A stretch of DNA of 64,000 bases from an uncultured Desulfobacter sp. (GTDB taxonomy: Bacteria; Desulfobacterota; Desulfobacteria; Desulfobacterales; Desulfobacteraceae), in the NCBI GenBank assembly GCA_963665095.1, contig OY762069.1, forward strand, positions 4,320,001 through 4,384,000, in the 5' to 3' direction. The translations under genes were made by a program, and so were the position numbers. This document shows, in pieces, positions 53,783 through 63,134 of this stretch; position 1 is the stretch's first letter; each line of letters opens with the position of its first letter. Below the pieces are notes generated by a model. The model was not told the DNA's origin and searched no databases. It was given only the letters and a program-made list of their open reading frames with translations.

Positions 53783-54243
53783 TCCGGCTCAACGCTCTGG
53801 ATCATGTCAGAAATTTTGTCAACATGGGCCATCTCCTCCCGGACGATCCTGTTCAGCCCCTGTTTAACGGTTTCCGATTCTACAAAGGCTTCCAGAAACT
53901 GGTAAAACAGGATCGTGTCTTTTTCAAACATAAGGAAGATCCTGAGCATCTGGACCGGTGTGGAGACAGTGGAAAAATCCACGTCGTTCAGGGAAAGAGA
54001 GTTCTCTCCCATCATCTCCTTTAAAACACCGGGAAGCTGGACTGTCAGATCGCCGTCACTTGCAGACAGATTTTTTTTCTGCTGCAGAAACCACCGCCGG
54101 TGGCGATCTTCCTCATCCGCCATCCACTCAAGAAGCTCAGCCGCTGCTTTGCTCTTTACCGAATCAAGTGCGTTAAGATAAGTGACCCGGCCATTTTCTT
54201 CCATTTTTGCCGCAATATCAAACAGGTCGTTGAGGGTAAACAT
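53773..54243 (-). CDS. Ferritin-like/rubrerythrin-domain protein
   Basis: MEENG..Y, DEEDRH, FEKDTILFY, EEMAH di-iron pattern. Confidence 0.8.
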   Translation of the reverse strand: MFTLNDLFDIAAKMEENGRVTYLNALDSVKSKAAAELLEWMADEEDRHRRWFLQQKKNLSASDGDLTVQLPGVLKEMMGENSLSLNDVDFSTVSTPVQMLRIFLMFEKDTILFYQFLEAFVESETVKQGLNRIVREEMAHVDKISDMIQSVEPDQA

Positions 54244-54454
54244 AAAAATTTCCTTTCTTTATTCCGGGTCATACCATATCGAATTTCAGCGTAAAAGGCT
54301 ACCAACAAGCTGTTTTAAAAGGTTGATCTTGATTTATCACCTCAAAACCCCTATACATTTTATAGAATGTTTAAACACGGGTTTTCATTCAGACACGATA
54401 TAACATACCGAATAGTGAGATGATCATTCATAAGCCGTTATGGCATGATCCGTT

Positions 54455-56620
54455 ATGGAAAATATTTTTGACAAAATAAAAAAATCCGGCCCCCTTCCCC
54501 AACTGCCCCAGGTCATGGTCCAGCTGATCCGGGCCTGCGGCAGTGACAGTACCAATGTTGATGAGCTGACAAGAATTATCTCTTCAGATGCCGGACTGAC
54601 AACCAGGCTGATTTCAATCATGTCATCGGCGTATCTGAACCTTGCCTCAAAACAGGTCGACACCATAAAATCCGCAGTCATGTATCTCGGGCTGGATACC
54701 ATCCGGAATATCGCTATCAGTTCCTCAGCCATGCAGTTTTTCAGCACGCCCCAAAAGGCTGCCGGGTTCGACCTCGACCGGTTCTGGTACCAGTCCTACA
54801 AATGCGCGGTACTGGCCCAGCAGATCGCCATTGAGGAAAACCAGGTCAATCCGGATGAATTTTTTCTGGCAGGACTGCTCCATGATATCGGCAGCCTTGT
54901 ACTCATGAATACCTTTCCCAAAGAGTATGAATCGGTTTTAAAAGACATTCACCAGGGAAAAGATCTATTTGAAGCGCAAACAAAAGTTTTCAATATTGAC
55001 AGCCCCAGGGTCAGTGCCTGGCTGTTTAATCAGTGGCACCTGAACCCGGTCACCTCTGATTCGGTCCAGTTCTTAAACCAGCCCCTTGAACGGATTCAGG
55101 AAGAGCTGCCCCATGTGAAAATCCTTTACATGGCAAGGACCATGGCCAGTGCTCAAAACGCGGACCACGCCTCTGTTCCCTTTGAAACAATGCTGACGCT
55201 GACGGATCTGCCTGAATTTCGTCTGGAAAAAATAGTTTCCCAGGCAGAAAAAGAGGTCCGGAAAATGGCAGGCAGCCTGAGCCTGAATTTAAACAAAAGC
55301 AGCAACGCAGACGCCGGCTTGAATCAGAATCAGGAAGACGATGCGCTTCTGGCCGGCGGGATTAAGGATTTTTCCCTGTTTTTTGGCACGCTTGACAGTC
55401 TGCTCAAGGCCAGGGATCTGACGGCTGTACTGGAGACTGTTCACCGGGGCCTGGAGATCATTTTTAATATTCCCCGGATCTTTTTCTTTCTCATGGACAA
55501 AGATAAGGATCTTTTGACAGGCGCCTGTATCAAAGAGGACCGCTACCACAACATAGTCAGAAGCATGGCCCTTGCCATGGACAGCCGGGCCAGCCTGGTG
55601 GTAAAGGCCGTATACACCTGCACCGTCCAGTCCAGTACCGGCCGTAATGACCTTGCCGTCCCTGATACACAGATTCTGCGTTTCCTTGAGACCCCTGCTT
55701 TCTACGCCATCCCCATTGCAGGGCGTGACCGGAGCCTGGGCGCCATTGTACTGGGCGTGGACAGCACAATGGCCAGAACACTGGACGAGAACAAGGGGAT
55801 TGTGGACCTGTTCTCCAGGCAGACCGGCATCTGCCTGGAGAATATTGACTTTCACCAGGCGTATGCCAGAGATCTGAATGATAAAAAAATGGAGGCCTAT
55901 GCCTCCCTCACAGACAAGGTCGTTCACGAAATCAACAACCCCATTGCCATTATCCGAAATTACCTGGAGTCCCTAAAACTCAAGCTGCCGGACAAGCACC
56001 CGGCCCAGGAGGAACTCATGGTGGTGGGAGAAGAGATGATCCGGGTATCATCACTGCTGGAAGGGCTGACCTCATTTTCAAAGCCCAAGATCGGGGGACT
56101 TGAAACCATTGACCTCAATCAGGTATGCCGGCGCGTGCTGGAGGTGTTGAAAAAATCCATGCTCCTGCCCAGACAGATTCAGATACAGGCCGACCTGGAT
56201 CCGGACATATCGTCTGCCGTTATGGACAGCAACGGATTAAAACAGGTGATTATCAACCTGGTTAAAAACGCTGCGGAAGCCCTGGGAAAAGGAGGGGAAA
56301 TTGTGTTTACAACCCGGCTTCTGCCAGGCTCCACAAAAGTACTTATAGACAAAAAAAAGAAAATTCCGGGATTTGTACAAATTACCATAAAGGACAATGG
56401 TCCGGGAATCCCTGCAAAGATCAGGGAGCGGCTTTTCGAGCCCTACAACTCCGGCAAGGAGAGCAGCACAAACTCAGGCTTAGGCCTTGCCATTGTTCAC
56501 TCCATTGTCAAAGAAATGCAGGGGCGCATTACCTGCGACAGCCGGCAGGGGCAAGGTACCTCTTTTACCGTTCTTCTTCCTCTGGCCCCTGGCAGCGTTC
56601 GCACCAGCCCCCGAAGATGA
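54455..56620 (+). CDS. HDOD-GAF histidine kinase
   Basis: LPQLPQV, AGLLHDIG (HDOD); VHEINNP H-box; NLVKNAAEA, DNGPGI, GLGLAIV. Confidence 0.9.
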   Translation: MENIFDKIKKSGPLPQLPQVMVQLIRACGSDSTNVDELTRIISSDAGLTTRLISIMSSAYLNLASKQVDTIKSAVMYLGLDTIRNIAISSSAMQFFSTPQKAAGFDLDRFWYQSYKCAVLAQQIAIEENQVNPDEFFLAGLLHDIGSLVLMNTFPKEYESVLKDIHQGKDLFEAQTKVFNIDSPRVSAWLFNQWHLNPVTSDSVQFLNQPLERIQEELPHVKILYMARTMASAQNADHASVPFETMLTLTDLPEFRLEKIVSQAEKEVRKMAGSLSLNLNKSSNADAGLNQNQEDDALLAGGIKDFSLFFGTLDSLLKARDLTAVLETVHRGLEIIFNIPRIFFFLMDKDKDLLTGACIKEDRYHNIVRSMALAMDSRASLVVKAVYTCTVQSSTGRNDLAVPDTQILRFLETPAFYAIPIAGRDRSLGAIVLGVDSTMARTLDENKGIVDLFSRQTGICLENIDFHQAYARDLNDKKMEAYASLTDKVVHEINNPIAIIRNYLESLKLKLPDKHPAQEELMVVGEEMIRVSSLLEGLTSFSKPKIGGLETIDLNQVCRRVLEVLKKSMLLPRQIQIQADLDPDISSAVMDSNGLKQVIINLVKNAAEALGKGGEIVFTTRLLPGSTKVLIDKKKKIPGFVQITIKDNGPGIPAKIRERLFEPYNSGKESSTNSGLGLAIVHSIVKEMQGRITCDSRQGQGTSFTVLLPLAPGSVRTSPRR

Positions 56621-56630
56621 GGTCAAACGC

Positions 56631-57638
56631 ATGATAAAAAGCGGAGAAATTATGATTGAACAAGGCCTGGTTACGCCTGGTAACGTAGACATGGCCCTGT
56701 CCATCCAGAAAAAAAACAGAGATAAATCTGTTGACGGCCGTACCCTTTTTCTGGGTATGATCCTGTGTAAACTCAATCTGATCACACCTGTGGAAAACTA
56801 TTATGTGCTGAAAAAGCATGATAAACTTGTCTCCATTATTACACGGCTGTCTGAAAAAAGAATTGTTTCCGACACACGGCTCAAAGAGATCAGGGCTGAA
56901 GCTGAAAACCAGACGATTCCTTTCATCTCCCACCTTCTTGAAAAACAGGTATTGTCAAAGGCCCAGCTCCAGGAGGTCCTTTTTGAGCTGTTTGGTATTC
57001 CTTCAAGATCTGTCTCCGACATTGCCTTTGATGAGCTGAACAAAAAACAGCTGGCCGCCATCATAGACCGGGAACAGGCCCTAAAATACGGACTGATTCC
57101 TCTACAGCTCTCCGGCAACACCTTAACCATAGGCATTACGGACCCCGATGGCCTGATTTTTATACGCAACCTGGACCAGCGCTTTCCCCAGTACAGATTT
57201 TATCCGGTATTTATCCCCTATCCCGGTTTTAAATGGTTTTATCCCATCCTCTACCCCGGGGACCAGGCCATTGCAAAAAAACCGGCAGGGTTCTCCCCCC
57301 CTGAAAAAAAGGAAGTCAAAGACAAAACAAAAGAATCCGCCAGCGTTGAACCCGTGCCTGAAACCATCCGTGACCCACGAATGGAAATGCATGCAGTGGC
57401 ACGGCTGTTCAAACAATATGAACGGCTGCGTCTTGGGCATGACAGCCAGAACAACCATGAGGCGTACAGCCAGCGCATGACCCAGTTCGCAGACTTTATC
57501 TGTGACAGTTATGACGAAATAACCCGCCAGTACGGTTGCCGCAGCATTCAGTTTTTTGCCCATAAAAAGGACGGCAGGACCATGGTGATGGCCAAGCCTG
57601 CCGATGGAAGTCAAAAGGGAAAGGACAGATTCATATGA
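56631..57638 (+). CDS. MshEN/T2SSE N-terminal-like domain protein lacking an ATPase
   Basis: GEIMIEQGLVT...ALSIQ, FLGMILCKLNLIT, LLEKQVLSKAQLQEVL; ALKYGLIPL...LTIGITDP; ATG at 56631 after GAGG. Confidence 0.6.
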   Translation: MIKSGEIMIEQGLVTPGNVDMALSIQKKNRDKSVDGRTLFLGMILCKLNLITPVENYYVLKKHDKLVSIITRLSEKRIVSDTRLKEIRAEAENQTIPFISHLLEKQVLSKAQLQEVLFELFGIPSRSVSDIAFDELNKKQLAAIIDREQALKYGLIPLQLSGNTLTIGITDPDGLIFIRNLDQRFPQYRFYPVFIPYPGFKWFYPILYPGDQAIAKKPAGFSPPEKKEVKDKTKESASVEPVPETIRDPRMEMHAVARLFKQYERLRLGHDSQNNHEAYSQRMTQFADFICDSYDEITRQYGCRSIQFFAHKKDGRTMVMAKPADGSQKGKDRFI

Positions 57639-58852
57639 CAAAGGTGCTTACCATTGCTTCGGGAAAAGGCGGGGCCGGAAAAACCAGTATCAGCCTGAAC
57701 CTGTCTCTGGCCCTGGCAAGTATAGGCTACCGGGTCTGCCTGTTTGATGCCGACCTGGGCCTTGCCAATGTAAATATTCTCACCGGATTTTATCCGGAGC
57801 ATGGCCTGGCAGAGGTGCTGGAAGGCAGTCACACCCTGTCGGACATCATGATCCGCAATTTCAACGGCATTGATATTATTCCGGGAAGTTCCGGTGTTGA
57901 AAAACTGGCCGATCTGACCAGCTCAGAAGCCGGGGGATTAATCCACGCGTTTCTGGATCTTCCCGATTATGACTACTTTATTCTGGACACCTCTGCAGGT
58001 ATTTCGTCGCAGGTTCTCTCCTTTTGCCGGGCATCCCAGGAAATGGTCCTGGTGGTCACGCCGGAGCCGACATCCCTGACCGATGCCTATTCCCTGCTCA
58101 AGGTACTGTCAAAAAAGGGTGCCATGCCCAGAATCCGGGTAGTGGTCAATCAGGTTCGCAAGGCAGATGAGGCCAGGAGATCCTATGCAAAACTTAAAAA
58201 AACTGCGGGACGTTTTTTGTCTGTGGACCTGGCACCCCTTGGCATTGTGGCCCGGGACCCCAATGTCTCCAATGCCGTTATCACCCAGGTGCCCTTCCTT
58301 ATACAGTATCCGGATACCCAGGCTTCCAGGTGTATCCGCTCCCTGGTTCTCAAGCTGATCAAGGCCCCGGGCCAGGATATGCCCATTGAAGCGTTCTGGG
58401 ACCAGTGCCTGGAGCTGTTAGGCGGGAAGCCGCCCCAGATTCAGGCAAAGGGGCAAAATATGCCATTTCCCGGAGCCAATGAAAAGGAAGATGCAGACCG
58501 AACCGCTGATAAAGTCAGCCAGCCCAGCGCTGTAACTGCAGCGGAGAATACCGGCGAGGCAACCGCACGCAGGCTGTCTGAAATCGAAGAAAAACTGGAC
58601 CGGCTGCTGCAGGAAATGGCAGATCTGAAGAAGATGGTCAGCAAACCGGAACAGCTGCGCCAGGAGCCGGAGCAGGTCACATCACAGCCGGAAATGCAGC
58701 CCTCACAGCCGGATCAGCCCCTTGATCCGTTTTTCCCAACGCCTGAGGTGCCGTCACCGGAGCCGGCACCCCTGGTTCATGATCAGATTCATGATCCCAA
58801 TGAACCGGAACCGGTAGCCCTGGATTTTGAGGCCTGGCTCGCTGCGCAATAA
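57635..58852 (+). CDS. MinD/FlhG-like ATPase with long C-terminal extension
   Basis: IASGKGGAGKT, DADLGLAN, LDTSAGIS, TPEPTSLTDAY; coiled-coil and Pro-rich tail; ATGA overlap with the upstream gene. Confidence 0.85.
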   Translation: MTKVLTIASGKGGAGKTSISLNLSLALASIGYRVCLFDADLGLANVNILTGFYPEHGLAEVLEGSHTLSDIMIRNFNGIDIIPGSSGVEKLADLTSSEAGGLIHAFLDLPDYDYFILDTSAGISSQVLSFCRASQEMVLVVTPEPTSLTDAYSLLKVLSKKGAMPRIRVVVNQVRKADEARRSYAKLKKTAGRFLSVDLAPLGIVARDPNVSNAVITQVPFLIQYPDTQASRCIRSLVLKLIKAPGQDMPIEAFWDQCLELLGGKPPQIQAKGQNMPFPGANEKEDADRTADKVSQPSAVTAAENTGEATARRLSEIEEKLDRLLQEMADLKKMVSKPEQLRQEPEQVTSQPEMQPSQPDQPLDPFFPTPEVPSPEPAPLVHDQIHDPNEPEPVALDFEAWLAAQ

Positions 58853-58854
58853 AT

Positions 58855-60018
58855 TTAAAGGCCAAGTACCCTTAAACAGCTATCCATCTCCTGCCGGTCA
58901 CCTGTGCGCTTCCCCGGATCGTCTGACAGTTTGACGGTGGCAGATCCTTCCATGTCGGGCTCAGGCCGGGCCCAGGCCAGCTTTATCACAATATTTAAGG
59001 CTGGCGTGCCCACATCATTGGTCAGATGCGTACCAATGCCGTAGGAATCCTTTACCTTCCCCCTGCATAAATTATGTATGTCAATCGCCCTGTCCGTATC
59101 CAGACCGTTTGAAAACACGATGACTTTGGCAGCCGGATCAATCCCTTTTTCCCGGTAATGGGCAGTGATATTCCGGATAAAACGTTCAGGGTCTCCGGAA
59201 TCATGGCGGACACCGGAAAATTTTTCAGCCCGCTCTTTGCTGAAAGCATCAAGGAAAACCCCGGTGGTAAAGGTGTCAGTCAGGGCAATGCCCAGTACAT
59301 CCGGATACACCGTCAGCCAGGCATCCATGGCAGCGGCATTGGCTCTGTGATAATCGGTCAGTGCGGCATGGAACATGATCCACTCATGGGCCAGGGTACC
59401 CACCGGTGCAATGTTATATACGCGTGCGAAATGGACATTGGAGGTCCCGGCCATCCGGTGTTCATCCAGCGCCAGGATATCTTCAAGCAGCCGTGCCTGA
59501 TTGGCAAAGGAAAATCTGCGCCGGGTGCCGAACTCCGAAAACGTCAGGCCGGCATCGGACATCTTCCGGGCTTTGGCCTGGTTTCGTGCCTTTATCTCCT
59601 GTCCGGATAAAATCTTTGGGGACGTCAGCTCATAATAGGTCTCACATATCGCCGCCATCAAAGGCACTTCCCACAAAATGGTCCGGCACCAGGGGCCGTC
59701 AATTTTTACGGAAAGGGTCTTCCCCTGCTGAACAATCTGTACCTGCCCCGGATCATACCGGTATGCATACAGGTATTCCAGGTATTCTGGCATAAAATAT
59801 GGGCAGGTGGATTCAAGCCATGACTTTTCATCCCGGGTCAGGCATAAGTCCGCCATAAGCGCCACCCGGTTTTTTAAAACTCTTGCAAAGCCTTCAGGAA
59901 AAGAGGTTTTGCCCCGGTTGGTGAATTCATACTGCACCCGGGCGTCAGGATAAAGCCGGCACACAGCCTGCTGCATGGTAAACTTATATAAATCATTGTC
60001 TAATATGCTCTCAATCAT
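58855..60018 (-). CDS. pncB: Nicotinate phosphoribosyltransferase
   Basis: LDNDLYKFTMQQA, EFGTRRRFS, GTSNV, GTLAHEW, ALTDTF, GVRHDSGDP, GIGTHLTND. Confidence 0.95.
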   Translation of the reverse strand: MIESILDNDLYKFTMQQAVCRLYPDARVQYEFTNRGKTSFPEGFARVLKNRVALMADLCLTRDEKSWLESTCPYFMPEYLEYLYAYRYDPGQVQIVQQGKTLSVKIDGPWCRTILWEVPLMAAICETYYELTSPKILSGQEIKARNQAKARKMSDAGLTFSEFGTRRRFSFANQARLLEDILALDEHRMAGTSNVHFARVYNIAPVGTLAHEWIMFHAALTDYHRANAAAMDAWLTVYPDVLGIALTDTFTTGVFLDAFSKERAEKFSGVRHDSGDPERFIRNITAHYREKGIDPAAKVIVFSNGLDTDRAIDIHNLCRGKVKDSYGIGTHLTNDVGTPALNIVIKLAWARPEPDMEGSATVKLSDDPGKRTGDRQEMDSCLRVLGL

Positions 60019-60204
60019 AGTGGGTATAATATATTCAGATCCGATTTTTGTATATGAATAATGGCGCTAATTTTTTTACACTTGCAACACAGAAAAACTG
60101 GTTTTAAGTTAGACAGAATTTTTACCGGCAGATTTAATATGTTTATCCGCCAACACCAGCCAGGCATTTGGGAACAATGCCTGTGGCAAGGAATATATAC
60201 CCGC

Positions 60205-60831
60205 ATGCAGATTGATAAAAAACAGGATCAGACCGCAGTGATCGTCGTGGATATTCAGGGCGATTTTACCCAGGCTTACCAGGGCAGCCTGGCAGTTGAG
60301 GGCACCGGCCAGGCATACCTTGATGCAGCAGAGGCAGGGACCAGACACTTAAAAACGCTGGGATATCCCATCTATGCCACCCAGGACTGGCACCCGGCCA
60401 CACATGTCTCCTTTTTCTCCAACCACAAAGACACCAATCCCCTTGACCTCATTGAAATTGACGGCAGAACCCAGGTGCTTTGGCCCTCCCACTGTGTCCA
60501 GAACGCCCCGAATGCAGAACTCCTGCTGGACAAAACCCTTTTTGACGCCATCATAAAAAAAGGCCAGGACCCGGCATATGACTCCTATTCCGGCTTTTTT
60601 GACGACGGGAAAAAACCCACAGGTCTTGAGGATATACTGAAGGAAAAAGGGATAACCAACCTGATCATTTATGGCCTTGCAACGGATTATTGCGTCAAAG
60701 CCACAGCAATGGATGCACGAAGCTTAGGATTTGAAGTGACATTAATCGAAGAATTGTGCCGGGGCGTTGCACCAGACACCACCCAGACAGCAATAAAAGA
60801 AATGAAAGCAGCCGGCGTAACAATTTCCTGA
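60205..60831 (+). CDS. pncA: Nicotinamidase/pyrazinamidase
   Basis: VVDIQGDF, TQDWHP..H.SF, LWPSHCVQ, DSYSGF, GLATDYCVKAT; ATG at 60205 chosen. Confidence 0.93.
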   Translation: MQIDKKQDQTAVIVVDIQGDFTQAYQGSLAVEGTGQAYLDAAEAGTRHLKTLGYPIYATQDWHPATHVSFFSNHKDTNPLDLIEIDGRTQVLWPSHCVQNAPNAELLLDKTLFDAIIKKGQDPAYDSYSGFFDDGKKPTGLEDILKEKGITNLIIYGLATDYCVKATAMDARSLGFEVTLIEELCRGVAPDTTQTAIKEMKAAGVTIS

Positions 60832-60903
60832 TCCCGGACTGAACTATGACATAGCCCTCCCGACGCTCAGATTTTTTTGCATATTAAATTGTTACGTTAT
60901 GGT

Positions 60904-61043
60904 GTGTTTGGATAAAAACTTGCCCAGATGCAAGGCGCAAGCAAAGCTGAGACCGGAGCGTACTTTAGTACGTGAGGCCCGATTATATGATTTGGCAGCT
61001 TTGTGCAGCAACGCCGCAGGTGGGTAAGTTTTTATTCAAACAC
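60904..61043 (-). repeat. Structured REP/MITE-like repeat, copy 2
   Basis: Same core as copy 1, inverted, with an extra CAAATCATATAATCGGG segment; abuts the TAA at 61044. Confidence 0.9.
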
Positions 61044-61595
61044 TTATTTGAAGCTTCTGGCGAACAGGTCTTCCAGGGCAGCGGCCGCATCCTCAGTAAG
61101 ATTACGCGTACCCGTTCCCGCAAAGGTCTTATGATGAATCACCGGCGTAACCATCTGCCAGTCATTACCCACCCAGGAAAACCAGGCCTTTCTGTCCTGT
61201 TCATACACAAACACAGGCCGGTTGAACAGCTTGCCCAGCTCCACGCCCCACCCGGTACCGCCTTTAACGGTTTTATCCGGCAGAATCCAGCCCACGGCAA
61301 ACACCTGGTATCCATTATTCACCATATGAAAAATGGATTGGATGACCTTTCTGATTTTGTTGCCTTTGGAAAAGGATCTTCCCAGACGGGTAGAAACAAT
61401 ATCCATTGAGATATTCCCCTTTTCAAGGGCCTCCTGATTCAGGACGGTAACCCCGGTATCCCTGTCAATGGTATGGCCCTCAAAAGAAAAATTAACCTCC
61501 TTGACCCCATACTTTTCCGCAAGTTTTCCAAACTCAGCTTCGGCACCTCTGTGTCCCCCGCTGTAAAGTGTAAACTGGGACGGATCATTATTCAT
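61044..61595 (-). CDS. Conserved hypothetical protein, SLOG-like nucleotide-binding fold
   Basis: LYSGGHRGAE, GGTGWGV...RPVFVY, FAGTGTR; ATG at 61595 with AAGGAG SD; fold inferred. Confidence 0.55.
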   Translation of the reverse strand: MNNDPSQFTLYSGGHRGAEAEFGKLAEKYGVKEVNFSFEGHTIDRDTGVTVLNQEALEKGNISMDIVSTRLGRSFSKGNKIRKVIQSIFHMVNNGYQVFAVGWILPDKTVKGGTGWGVELGKLFNRPVFVYEQDRKAWFSWVGNDWQMVTPVIHHKTFAGTGTRNLTEDAAAALEDLFARSFK

Positions 61596-61761
61596 CTTAT
61601 TCACTCCTTTAAATTAAATGGTCACCAACTTAAAAAACCTTTTATAGATTCTTATGCTTAATTGAATGTGGCTCTGATAGAAAATTGACGCTTCATCGTA
61701 TTAAAAAGATCTAAAATAAGCAAGTTCCAACACGTGTCAAGGCAGGGATAATAATTAATTC

Positions 61762-61974
61762 GTGTTTGGACAGCTCCAGCTCCACAGAGAAACCCCGTGT
61801 TTGGTGCTTGGTGTTTGGACAAAAAGTTGCCCAGATGCAAGGCGCAAGCAAAGCTGCAACCTTAAGCGTACTTCAGTACGTGAGGCCCGATTATATGATT
61901 TGGCAGCTTTGTGCAGCAACGCCGCAAGTAAATGATTTTTTGAGCTGAAGCTCCTCTTCGAGCCGTTCAAACAC
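61762..61974 (-). repeat. Structured REP/MITE-like repeat, copy 3 (extended)
   Basis: Same core at ~61811-61930 with extended arms; begins at the TAG at 61974-61976. Confidence 0.88.
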
Positions 61975-62977
61975 TAATTATCTGTCAGAAAACTGGTCGA
62001 TTTAAAGCAATTACGGCCTGAATCCTTTGCCCGGTAAAGCGCTTCATCAGCAGCCTTGATAAGCACGGTGGGAAGGGTGTTCTGGGCCGGAACCATGTGG
62101 CCACCCCCACACTGATGGTAACATGGTCGGCAGTGCGGGATGACTCATGGGGAACATCCAGATCCGAAACTGCATCCAGCATTCGAACAGCAATGTTTTC
62201 CCCTCCCGAAACATTGGTATCCGGCAGAATCGCCCCAAACTCTTCCCCTCCGTAACGTGCGATGTTGTCCACATCCCGCAGAATGGATTTTCCCAGCGCC
62301 CTTGCTACCCTTCTGAGACAGTCGTCCCCGGCGACATGACCGTAGGTGTCATTAAAGGCTTTAAAGTGATCAATATCAGCGATAATCAGGGTTACAGGGG
62401 TCTTCTGACGCAATCCCCGTTGCCACTCCCTGTCCATGGCTTCATCAAAAAACCGCCGGTTCAGAAGACCGGTCAATCCGTCCTGGGAAGAGAGCTGGAC
62501 AAGCAGATCATTAGACTTCTCAAGTTCCTGCTTTACCGCTTCCAACTCAGCAACTTTGGCATCCAGTTCCTTTGTTTTCTGTTCAAGCAGGCAGCGCTGA
62601 AGATGAAGCTCAAGAAAAATCTTTACCTTGGATGTCAGCACATCCGGGGCAATGGGTTTAAACAGATAATCCACGGCACCGGAGCCGTATCCCCTGAACA
62701 CATGGGCGTCCTCTTTATTTGCAGCGGTGATAAAAATAATGGGAATGTTTTTGGTCCGGCTGTTGCCGCGAAGCAGGGTGGCGGTCTCATAACCGTCCAT
62801 CTCCGGCATCTGAACATCCAAAAGAATCAGGGCAAATTCATAATCAAGGTTTTTTTCCAGGGCTTCCTGTCCGGAACCTGCCCGGATAATATCCAGTTCA
62901 GGAGACTCAAGCAGCTGCTCAAGGGATAAAAGATTCTCCGGCCGGTCATCAACGATCAGAATACAGGGGTTTGCCAT
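61974..62977 (-). pseudogene. REC-GGDEF diguanylate cyclase with a C-terminal frameshift
   Basis: REC (LIVDD, LLDVQMP, KP); DGLTGLLNRR, DIDHFK, ARYGGEEF; after ISVGVAT the conserved ADEALYRAKDSGRN continues in another frame (shift near 62096). Confidence 0.75.
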
Positions 62978-63134
62978 TTACACCTACTTTTCTTTTGCCG
63001 CTGCCGCTGGCAGACAGTGTATCATTTTCATAGCCCGGAACACATGTATCGATGAATTTTGTTAAGGATTCTTTTACCCTGAGCCCGGATGGTTTGTAAA
63101 GTATTGAATAAAAAACCTGTTTCAAAGCTGCCTG

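Noticed and set aside
56487..56630. N-terminal extensions in the ORF track (also 60061-60204, 46354-46422, 35331-35387)
   Set aside because: They overlap neighbouring genes or promoter regions; downstream ATGs fit the domain starts better.
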